Source: an uncultured Acidobacteriota bacterium
GTDB taxonomy: Bacteria; Acidobacteriota; Terriglobia; Acidiferrales; UBA7541
Direction of reading: 5' to 3'
Assembly: GCA_963788255.1 (NCBI GenBank)
Contig: CAWBGC010000017.1
Location: forward strand, 1,050-65,049
Length of the DNA stretch: 64,000 bases
Below are positions 28,718 through 36,141 of the stretch, in pieces; position 1 is the stretch's first letter, and every line of letters starts with the position of its first letter. Position numbers and translations under genes: made by a program. The notes beneath the pieces are model-generated. The model made no database searches, had not been told where the DNA came from, and worked only from the letters and a program-made list of their open reading frames with translations.

Positions 28718-29260
28718 AACGAATTGGCCAACGGCTTTCCTAAGTTCTCTATGTGCAGAGACCTGCTTCTGGATAACTCATTTATTTTCATATGTATATA
28801 ACCGCCTTGTGAGGTAGTACTACAAACCCGAGAATGAATTGGTGTTTTTCTATTCCTGCAAAGGACCAGAAAATGATTGGCACTTTTCGGAAGGTCATTT
28901 CCCTACGTTATGCCAGCGGGGCTCACTATGCGGACTCCCTTTACAATTTGAGTTCAGGCACGGAAATGCCAGTCGCTTGCACCCTGGAGATCACCTGCAG
29001 CGTTGAGTGATTCGAGAAAACAGCATGCGTTGCACCCCTCGTTCGTCCCGTTTGGGATAGGGTAGGAAGGTACATCCAGTCCACCTTCCAAGAGTGGACG
29101 TGCATCGTCTAGCCCTTATGAAATCTCAATAGGGCATGAACATGATGGGATAAATTGAAGTAAGCCTGAAAGGGAAATGGGGAGAGGGAAGTGATCCGAG
29201 GGCCGATTCCGAATGAAAGAGACAGCCCCCGGTTAAGAACGCTTTTACGTCACCGGGACG

Positions 29261-29599
29261 TTAAACGCGTGACGCCTCGCCGCGAATAATGTCGTATCGC
29301 TCGATAACCGCAGCAACTCCGATGGATTCGTGTTCTTCATCTTGTTGCTTATCGATGCGAACAACACGCCCGTGGGCACGGACAAAAACTTCTGTTCCAC
29401 GCGTAATCTCTGCCGGCAGTGTGAGTGTGAAATCCACTTCCGTGCCGGGAGCGAGTTCCTTCTGCATGGTGAAATAGACGCCGCGTGTCGAGATGTCCCG
29501 AGTCTGACCGCTGTGGGCCCCGGGTTCTCGGTTGATTGGCAGGCGGACATTCACGGGTAGTGACAGGTCGTACCGGCGGGCCATTCGACGCTCCGTCAT
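29261..29599 (-). CDS. Single-domain PilZ protein (c-di-GMP receptor)
   Basis: The RxxxR motif (ERRMARRY) and the D-x-S-x-x-G motif (RDISTRGVYF) are at the canonical spacing. Length is 112 aa. Confidence 0.8.
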   Translation of the reverse strand: MTERRMARRYDLSLPVNVRLPINREPGAHSGQTRDISTRGVYFTMQKELAPGTEVDFTLTLPAEITRGTEVFVRAHGRVVRIDKQQDEEHESIGVAAVIERYDIIRGEASRV

Positions 29600-29655
29600 T
29601 CCCGATGCCCCATCAAGACAGGATTGAAGTTCACAGCTTCCCCCTCAGGGTATTT

Positions 29656-29671
29656 AGCAATCCCTCTTCCA
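29656..29671 (-). promoter_or_regulatory. Candidate sigma-54 (-24/-12) promoter upstream of the PilZ gene
   Basis: The minus strand reads TGGAAG-AGGGA-TTGCT, with correct GG-N10-GC spacing and a perfect TTGCT -12 element. It lies about 57 nt upstream of the ATG at 29599. Confidence 0.3.
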
Positions 29672-30076
29672 AAGATACACGCCCTTCATGCCTGATGGCC
29701 CGCCTCAAGTATTGCTTGAGGCCTCGCGCGATCCTGTACTGCCAAAAAACGGCATGCCAAACAACTCCTTTGAAAACAGCAACAAACGTTTCATTTCAAT
29801 CTTGTTTGGCAGGATCAAGGGCCGTTCCTCATTCGAGGAACTTCGCGGTGCGCCCTGTACCGGGGCGGAATACTAGTCTAAGCCAAGTGTTATGGGTAGT
29901 GGTATTTCGCTGGATGTGCTCTAGTTATGCAACTCTTTGCAGAGGTCTAGAACTCCGAAAACTTTGGCGTACTCCTTAGGTGGCTGATAGCGGAACCTCA
30001 CCCACTGGTCTGTTAGGAGTGCCGAGTCTCGGAACCAAGTCAATTCAAAAACAGCGGCCCCAGCGCCAAGCCTGGT

Positions 30077-31582
30077 TCAGGAACTCCGGATTGCCGAAGG
30101 AGCGGCATCTTTCGGAGTAGCTTTTTCAGCCTGCTCCTTTTCCGCAGCCGCCAATTTCGCCGCTTGCTTTGCTGCAGCAGAGCGGGAGCCGCGTCCGGAA
30201 TCAAGATTGAATTGTCGCATTTTGTAGAGCAATGCTTTGTAACTGATCCCCAGCATGCGCGCGGCATCTTTGCGGCACCAGTTTGTTTTCTCCAATGCGT
30301 CCGCGATTGCCTCCATCTCTGCTTCATCTTTCAAGCCGCGGACAAGTGCCTTGAGGCCCTGTTCTTTCGGGGCCGGAGTTTCCTCGCGAGGGGCCATCCG
30401 TTGCTGCTGCCCGGTCATTTCCAGAAGCTCGCGGAAGCTGCCCTCATCATCTTCCAGAATCACATACCGTTTGACAAAGTTTTCGAGCTCCCGGAGGTTT
30501 CCGGGCCACGGATAGCGCAGGGCTGCCTCCAGGAGATGCTTGGAGGGGTCGGGGGCCGCCTTCTGGTATTTCTCGCTGTACTTCACCAGAAAATGGCGGA
30601 ACAGGAGCGGAATTTCCGTTGTCCGCTCGCGCAGCGGTGGAATGTGAAGGGAAAGCACGTTCAAGCGATAGTAAAGATCCTCACGGAATCGGCCGGAGCG
30701 CATCGCTTCCTTCACGTCCATGTTCGTTGCCGCAAGAACGCGAACGTCCACGTTTACCACCGCACGCGCTCCCAGGCGGGAATATTGGCCATCCTGGAGA
30801 ACGTGCAAGAGCTTGGCCTGCAAGTGCGGGCTCATTTCCGCAATCTCATCCAGAAAAATCGTCCCCTTATTCGCCAGCTCGAACTTGCCGGGTTTCGAGC
30901 GTACGGCCCCGGTGAACGCGCCTTGCTCGTAACCAAAAAGTTCCGATTCCAGCAGTTCTCCCGGGAGAGCGGCGCAGTTCACTTTGGTGAAGGCCTGTTG
31001 GCGGCGCGTCGAACGGAGATGAATCATGCGCGCGACCACTTCCTTGCCGACGCCGCTTTCGCCGCTGATGAATACCGGCACATCCACGGGAGCGATTTGC
31101 AGAATCTGTTGCCGGATTTTCAGCATCTGCGGGCTGGCGGCAAGAAAGGAAAGATCCTCGGTCAATGCTTCGCAATACTCGCGCAGCGCCTGGTTCTCCG
31201 AACGAAGCTGTTGTTTCTGGCGGCACTTCAGGAAAGCTGCGTCGAGTTCCGGCTTCTCGAACGGTTTCGTAAGGTAATCCAGTGCCCCCAGCCGGATCGC
31301 CTCCACAACCGTGGTCACTTCATTCGAGCAGGAAAGCATAATCACATTCAGCGTGCGATCGATCTGCATCAGTTGCCGCAGCGTTTCCAATCCGTCGATC
31401 TCAGGCATCAGCACGTCGAGGACGATGAAATTAGGTCGTTCGCCTGCGCCCACGCGTCCCAAGGCTTCCTTGCCGCTCGCCACCGTCTCGACGTCGAAGC
31501 CATCCACCTCGAGCAGCGTCTGCAGGTACTTGCGAATGCTCGGTTCGTCATCGACTACAAGAATTTTTTCTTTGTCCGCCAT
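30077..31582 (-). CDS. NtrC-family sigma-54-dependent response regulator (REC, AAA+, Fis HTH, Lys/Ala-rich tail)
   Basis: REC features are ILVVDDEPSIRKYL ... IVLDVLMP. AAA+ features are GESGVGKE and GAFTGA. The HTH is AARMLGISYKALLYKM. The tail reads AAKQAAKLAAAEKEQAEKATPK. Confidence 0.9.
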   Translation of the reverse strand: MADKEKILVVDDEPSIRKYLQTLLEVDGFDVETVASGKEALGRVGAGERPNFIVLDVLMPEIDGLETLRQLMQIDRTLNVIMLSCSNEVTTVVEAIRLGALDYLTKPFEKPELDAAFLKCRQKQQLRSENQALREYCEALTEDLSFLAASPQMLKIRQQILQIAPVDVPVFISGESGVGKEVVARMIHLRSTRRQQAFTKVNCAALPGELLESELFGYEQGAFTGAVRSKPGKFELANKGTIFLDEIAEMSPHLQAKLLHVLQDGQYSRLGARAVVNVDVRVLAATNMDVKEAMRSGRFREDLYYRLNVLSLHIPPLRERTTEIPLLFRHFLVKYSEKYQKAAPDPSKHLLEAALRYPWPGNLRELENFVKRYVILEDDEGSFRELLEMTGQQQRMAPREETPAPKEQGLKALVRGLKDEAEMEAIADALEKTNWCRKDAARMLGISYKALLYKMRQFNLDSGRGSRSAAAKQAAKLAAAEKEQAEKATPKDAAPSAIRSS

Positions 31583-31618
31583 CTTTTTTCCTAGGGAGCG
31601 GAAATGGTCCGCTCATGA

Positions 31619-32824
31619 CTATTCGAGGTTGATCGGTAGGAGAAAGGAGAATGAGCTCCCGCGTCCCACTTCGCTGTCGACCCATACTTTTCCGCGATGC
31701 GCTTGAATCAACCGTTTCGTGATGGCCAATCCCAACCCCATCCCGGAGGAGGAGGGATCCACCCGCACAAACTCTTCAAATATTTCCTGATGAAATTCTG
31801 CCGCGATCCCGCTCCCTGTATCGGTCACGGACACCAACACGCTGTTGACACGCGGGGTGATATCACGGCGTCGCTCCTCGGAAGCCGGAGCTTCCGATGT
31901 GCGCCTTTCCCAAAAATGTGGTTGCGCCAGCAATGTGATGCTGCCCCCCGCAGGAGTGTGCTTCAGCGCATTATCCAGCAAGTTGGCCATGCATTGTTGC
32001 ACTTTCTGGTAGTCGAATTTGATTTGCGGCAATTCCGGATGCAACTTGACATCCAAGCGGACTTTGGCGCGCTGAAAGGTATCTTGCCAGCGGCAGGTCA
32101 AGTCGTTGATGCAGTCTCGGAGATCATTTTCGCGTAACTGCAGAACCAGCTTTCCGCTCTCCAACGCTGAATAATTCAAAAACATCGAGACAAGCCGCAC
32201 CAGACGGTCGCAACTCTCCTTGGATTCTTGCAGGATTTCCCGCTGGCGTTCGCTGACCTTCCCCAAAGACCCGGAAAGCAACAATTCGTAATAGCCCTTC
32301 ATCACGGCAAGGGGAGTTTTCAATTCATGGGCGGCCGACGCAAGAAACACGGTCTTCTGGCGATTCACTTCCTGCAAACGGAGATATGCGGCCAGCAGGT
32401 TCCGGTAGGTAATTTCCCGTTCCTGCATCAACTCCTGAACCGTCTGGCGCATTTCCGCCTCGTCGGCAGGGACTTCCGGGGGCAAGGGTTCGACGTAGAC
32501 GACCAGCCAATCAGGTTCCGGAAGCCATCGGATTCGCGCGCGACTTTTTCCTTCCGCGTTGTCGAGCGGTAAGATCACTTCCTGGTCCCCGCTCTCCAGT
32601 TGACGCAGGATTTCCTCGCGTTCCGCGTGCAGGATGTCTGGGAAGAGATTCGCCTTTGGCTGCGAGTCCAGCGCCTGCGCATGTAATTTGTCTTGCGCGT
32701 GCAGATTTGTGAACAGGAGCCGCCCCGCCCGATCGGACACAATCATGGGACGTTCGAGAGCATCCAGCAGGCTGGCGACCAGTTGGAAAACCGCCTGACT
32801 GTTGGTTTGCTGATCGGTTGTCAT
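31619..32824 (-). CDS. Cytoplasmic sensor histidine kinase (PAS-like N-terminus, HisKA, HATPase_c)
   Basis: The H-box is ASAAHELKTPLAV, the N-box is DNALKHTP, and the G-boxes are DTGSGI ... GMGLGLAI. There is no TM segment. It lies 36 nt upstream of the response regulator gene. The ATG at 32824 is preferred over the TTG at 32836. Confidence 0.85.
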   Translation of the reverse strand: MTTDQQTNSQAVFQLVASLLDALERPMIVSDRAGRLLFTNLHAQDKLHAQALDSQPKANLFPDILHAEREEILRQLESGDQEVILPLDNAEGKSRARIRWLPEPDWLVVYVEPLPPEVPADEAEMRQTVQELMQEREITYRNLLAAYLRLQEVNRQKTVFLASAAHELKTPLAVMKGYYELLLSGSLGKVSERQREILQESKESCDRLVRLVSMFLNYSALESGKLVLQLRENDLRDCINDLTCRWQDTFQRAKVRLDVKLHPELPQIKFDYQKVQQCMANLLDNALKHTPAGGSITLLAQPHFWERRTSEAPASEERRRDITPRVNSVLVSVTDTGSGIAAEFHQEIFEEFVRVDPSSSGMGLGLAITKRLIQAHRGKVWVDSEVGRGSSFSFLLPINLE

Positions 32825-33114
32825 AGTCTTCTGCAACGGCCGCTCCCCGGAGCCACAAAGACGAACATAGAGACACCCATCTCCTGTTCTTTCAAGAACC
32901 TGAGTCTGGGATGCGCTCGAAGAAGGGGTATGCTCGCAAAGGGAACAATAAGTGTCAATGGTAAATGCGTCCTAGGTTTGCACAATCCGGGAAGTGCATT
33001 GGAGTAATTTTGCACAAGAAGAATCAACGCATCCCAATTTCTCATTTTTAGACCATCCTAATGCATTGCTGCAATTGGACTTAAATAATTTCGACCGTAA
33101 CCATCCGACTTGCA

Positions 33115-33519
33115 ATGAAATTGCGAACCTATTTGAGTACTATAACTGGGGTACTGATGGGAGCTCGAGAAAACCCGATCTACCGCCGGCTGGCCATGCA
33201 ATCCCTTCATGACGAGCGCAGAAGGTTCCAGCGGATGCACCTCCAGGTCCCTCTGTTCATCCGCGGCAGGGACGCGCATGGTGAGCAGTTCCTGGAGCTC
33301 GCTAAGACCCTGGATATAAGTGGGTTAGGAGCGTTCCTGACCTGTCCCAGAGCCCTTGCTGTCAACGAGGTAGTCACGCTTACGATTCCGGCCCCCTCCA
33401 TCACCTCATCTGCCTTGATACCTGCGGGGATGCCGCCCATTCAGGCTCGCGTGAAGAGGCAACAAGAGGCCGGCGACGTCCACCTGGTCGGTGTTGAATT
33501 CCTCAAGCCCATCGGATAG
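33115..33519 (+). CDS. Single-domain PilZ protein
   Basis: RRRFQRMHL and LDISGLGAFL are PilZ motifs. The start is uncertain; Met codons at 33115, 33157 and 33196 are all possible. Confidence 0.75.
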   Translation: MKLRTYLSTITGVLMGARENPIYRRLAMQSLHDERRRFQRMHLQVPLFIRGRDAHGEQFLELAKTLDISGLGAFLTCPRALAVNEVVTLTIPAPSITSSALIPAGMPPIQARVKRQQEAGDVHLVGVEFLKPIG

Positions 33520-33693
33520 GTGGTTACCTGCCCTGTCTGCCCTGCTGCATACAGGTGAACATAAAGTGGAATCCGTTTTCCCCCTGTTTCGACGCCAGCC
33601 ACCACTGCCCGGTTTACTTTCGCTCCAAATAGTGTAATTTTATGTCTCGCAGTAAGTTACAGGATTTCCCGCGGGTGCATTCTTGTCTGGGAT

Positions 33694-33709
33694 TGGACTG
33701 TCCCTTGCT
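33694..33709 (+). promoter_or_regulatory. Candidate sigma-54 (-24/-12) promoter upstream of the GGDEF-PilZ gene
   Basis: TGGACT-GTCCC-TTGCT on the plus strand, with correct GG-N10-GC spacing and a perfect -12 TTGCT. It lies about 67 nt upstream of the ATG at 33776. Confidence 0.25.
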
Positions 33710-33775
33710 CTGGGTAAAGTACCCCGCAGGTGCCCCTGATTTCAGGGTCATATAGAATCTATTCGGAACCCATTG

Positions 33776-34990
33776 ATGCCCCAGTCCGGCGAAGTTTCTC
33801 AGCCGCAGCCCTCGGCCGAAGATTCCTTCCTCGATCTGTTGGTCGAGACCCTGGAAGGGCTTGACGAATCTGTCCGCGGACAGTTCCTGCGGCAATTCTT
33901 CCGCACGATCGCGCAAATCGATCTCACCGACGCGCAAAGCAACGAATACTGGAGCCGCATCCTTCAGCGCCGCAACGAGCTCACGGAAAGCCTCAAGAGA
34001 AAAATCTCGCTGAAGACGGCCATGCTGGACGTGCTGGCATCCACCAGCTTCCTTCGCGTTCCCATCCTCATGGAGTACGACGATTTCAAGAAGCTGCAAA
34101 TCAATGCAGCTACGGACGCGCTTACGGGGCTCTACAATCGCCGCCTCTTCGACGAATATTTCGACAAGGAAATGAACCGCGCCAAACGCTACGGCCAGCA
34201 CCTCGCCGTGGTGATTCTCGACCTGCACAAGCTGAAGGAAGTGAACGACCGCCGGGGCCACTTGCAGGGCGACCAGGTGCTGCAGCTTGCCGCCACCACG
34301 CTTCGCAAGACGCTCCGCGCTTCTGACTTCGCCTTTCGCATCGGCGGCGATGAATTCGCGCTGCTCCTGCCGCAGACCGACCCAGAACAGGCCGTCACTT
34401 TGTGCCGCCGCGTGCGCGCGCAGTACGAATCCGAAATCCGCCCGCTCAAGCTCGAAGTGGGCGTGACGCTCGATTTCGGCGTCGCCGTCCATCCGCAGGA
34501 TGGAGAGGAAAAGAGCGCCCTGATAGATTTGGCGGACAAGCGGCTATACGAATTGAAACTCGCCGGCCGCGCTTCCTCTCGTGTCATCGCGCTCGAACCG
34601 CCTGCCGCCCGCGAAGCCGCCGCGCCCGTCCCTCGAGAAATTGTTCCTCCCCGTGAAGCGCCGAAGCCCATCGCCGCCGTTCCGCCGGCCACCAGCGCCA
34701 TCCCACAGCCGGCGCCCTACGCTGAACAGCGGAAATGGGAAAGGGTTTCGCTTGTGGGTACGAAGGCCTACGCCATCCTCGGCGATGCCGCCCAGAAAAA
34801 CGCGCGCGTGATCGATCTCAGCTACGGCGGCGTCGCCGTCCTGCTCGACAAGCCCGAAGAGTTCCCCGAGCAGTTCAACGCCGTGCTGCACGTCCCGATT
34901 CTGCCGCCCGTGCGCGTGGTGCTGCGCAAGGCCTACGTTATGTTGACCGAAGGCGGGCGCACCCGCGTCGGCTGCTCGTTCGTTTCCTGA
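33776..34990 (+). CDS. Diguanylate cyclase (GGDEF with RxxD I-site) fused to a C-terminal PilZ domain
   Basis: The GGDEF active site is RIGGDEFALLL, with RASD five residues upstream (the I-site). After a Pro/Ala-rich linker, the PilZ motifs are QRKWERV and IDLSYGGVAV. Confidence 0.85.
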   Translation: MPQSGEVSQPQPSAEDSFLDLLVETLEGLDESVRGQFLRQFFRTIAQIDLTDAQSNEYWSRILQRRNELTESLKRKISLKTAMLDVLASTSFLRVPILMEYDDFKKLQINAATDALTGLYNRRLFDEYFDKEMNRAKRYGQHLAVVILDLHKLKEVNDRRGHLQGDQVLQLAATTLRKTLRASDFAFRIGGDEFALLLPQTDPEQAVTLCRRVRAQYESEIRPLKLEVGVTLDFGVAVHPQDGEEKSALIDLADKRLYELKLAGRASSRVIALEPPAAREAAAPVPREIVPPREAPKPIAAVPPATSAIPQPAPYAEQRKWERVSLVGTKAYAILGDAAQKNARVIDLSYGGVAVLLDKPEEFPEQFNAVLHVPILPPVRVVLRKAYVMLTEGGRTRVGCSFVS

Positions 34991-35116
34991 ATTTTTCCCC
35001 GCCCCACGACAATCCAGACATAGAAACTTGGGTAGAGAGAGCCCCTCAATCAGGCCGATTCTCAGCGGTGACGACCATGGCGGCGAATAAATTCCGAAGG
35101 AGGGGGCCCTCCATTT

Positions 35117-35202
35117 GTTGCGATTAGAACGAGCGCCGGCCTTTTGTATTCTATAACTTACGCGCATTTCTAATATACCCTGGTTGCGATTAGAAATGGC
35201 GC
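35117..35202. repeat. 13-bp direct repeat pair plus an overlapping bulged hairpin in ORF-free DNA
   Basis: GTTGCGATTAGAA occurs at 35117-35129 and at 35183-35195. A hairpin forms between GCGCATTTCTAAT (35162-35174) and ATTAGAAATGGCGC (35189-35202): 13 bp with one bulge and a 14-nt loop. Confidence 0.8.
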
Positions 35203-35565
35203 GACCCGCGAATCGTGGCACGCGACCCGTGACCGCGATAGGCGGTAAGCGGAGTACATGCTGCAATAAAGTCAGCGCAAAGGAAGGCCCGCCAGCCGTC
35301 GTTATGGGGCGGGCAAGTTCGCCGGTAGACGGCGAAGCGGTCCGGCACGACTGCGGCATGGTGGGGTGACCGCGCGGCACCGGCGGAAATCGGCCGAGTT
35401 GAAATGCGCCGTACATGTTGCAGAGAAAATGGTAGAGGAAGGCGAAAAAAAAATTGAACTGTACGAAAGGACAAGAGAAGTACAAGGACCAGTACCCTGT
35501 ACCAAATGCGGAGGAGAGGCGACGGCGAAAGTGGAAAAGTGAAACTGGAAAATGGAAAAGGCGCG

Positions 35566-35630
35566 GAGGGCGGACGCATGAAGCGTGGAAGACGCATTGT
35601 GCGATTTTGGGTGCGCGGGTTTGCTGAGAG
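35566..35630. repeat. Copy A of an imperfect, module-shuffled direct repeat flanking the vapB/vapC' cassette
   Basis: The blocks are AAAGGCGCG, GAGGGCGGACGCA (35566-35578), CGTGGAAGACG (35584-35594) and ...TTGTGCG...TTTGGG. The same blocks recur at 35971-36060. Confidence 0.7.
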
Positions 35631-35687
35631 CTTGCCAAGAGCTGTCGTAGCACGTAAAACGGGACAGAGCGTGGACGCGTGCAAACC

Positions 35688-35918
35688 ATGAAGAAGATCA
35701 CGTTAAGACTCGACGCGGATGTTTTGCGGAAAGCTCGCATTCTGGCGGCCGAAGAAGGCACTTCGGTCAGCGGCTTGCTGGCCGCAAAGTTGGATGAATT
35801 GGTGCGACAGCGCAAGGGATACGACCGCTCGCGAAGGCGCGCCGTTGCGCGGCTCCGCAAAGGATTCGATCTCGGCTGGAGACGCCCTGGTTCACGCGAC
35901 GAACTTCATGAGCGATAG
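35688..35918 (+). CDS. Ribbon-helix-helix (CopG/VapB-like) antitoxin
   Basis: MKKITLRLDADVLRKARILAAEEGTSVSGLLAAKLDELV is a typical RHH beta-alpha-alpha motif. The stop overlaps the ATG of the downstream PIN remnant. Confidence 0.75.
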   Translation: MKKITLRLDADVLRKARILAAEEGTSVSGLLAAKLDELVRQRKGYDRSRRRAVARLRKGFDLGWRRPGSRDELHER

Positions 35919-36141
35919 GTTCTTCGTGGACACGAACATTCTGGTGTACGCACACGACCGGGCGGCAGGGGCGCGAAGGGTCGGACACGTTGTGCGGGAA
36001 GAGGGCGGACGCAAAAGGCGCGAAAACGTGGAAGACGTGTTTCGTGGGTTTGGGCTCGCTGCGGGCGGGGCGGTTTCACGGGGGGGCGAAATCCACTATC
36101 CCTCGAAAAGCGCAGGAGTGGTGCGCCAGCCTAAACTGTAG
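35908..36141 (+). pseudogene. Truncated PIN-domain (VapC) toxin remnant
   Basis: The first ~22 codons (MSDRFFVDTNILVYAHDRAAG) are a textbook PIN N-terminus. After about 35975 the frame runs into repeat copy B and encodes non-PIN, low-complexity sequence. The total is 77 aa, against about 130 aa for an intact VapC. Confidence 0.65.
35971..36060. repeat. Copy B of the module-shuffled direct repeat
   Basis: GAGGGCGGACGCA (36001-36013), AAAGGCGCG, CGTGGAAGACG (36027-36037) and ...TTTGGG are present. They are preceded by a degenerate extra copy (GAAGGGTCGGACACGTTGTGCGGG). Confidence 0.7.

Noticed and set aside
28877-28892. TTGGCAC motif (GATTGGCACTTTTCGGAAGG) that looks like a sigma-54 -24 box.
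   Set aside because: No GC dinucleotide lies at the required -12 position (GGAAG instead of TTGC). The motif is on the plus strand, pointing away from any gene start.
32832-32851. GGGAGC-GGCCG-TTGCA (minus strand) with correct spacing, upstream of the histidine kinase gene.
   Set aside because: The -12 element lies only about 8 nt from the likely ATG (32824), leaving no room for a transcript leader and RBS. The -24 half matches poorly.
33000-33015. TGGAGT-AATT-TTGCA upstream of the second PilZ gene, resembling a sigma-54 promoter.
   Set aside because: The GG-to-GC spacing is one nucleotide short (10 instead of 11 from the second G of GG to the G of GC). Sigma-54 promoters do not tolerate this.
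35531-35560. Short tandem TGGAAAA units and nearby repeats, considered as a possible CRISPR or ToxI-like array.
   Set aside because: There are only three 7-nt units with irregular spacing, no repeat-spacer periodicity, and no cas genes. The units are too short and too few for a CRISPR or type III TA RNA array.
34544-35860. A 438-aa minus-strand ORF spanning the 3' end of the GGDEF-PilZ gene, the ORF-free region and the antitoxin gene.
   Set aside because: The translation is low-complexity (runs of F/L/S/P/R). It overlaps two well-supported plus-strand genes and has no recognisable domain. The central part is better described as non-coding repeat-rich DNA.
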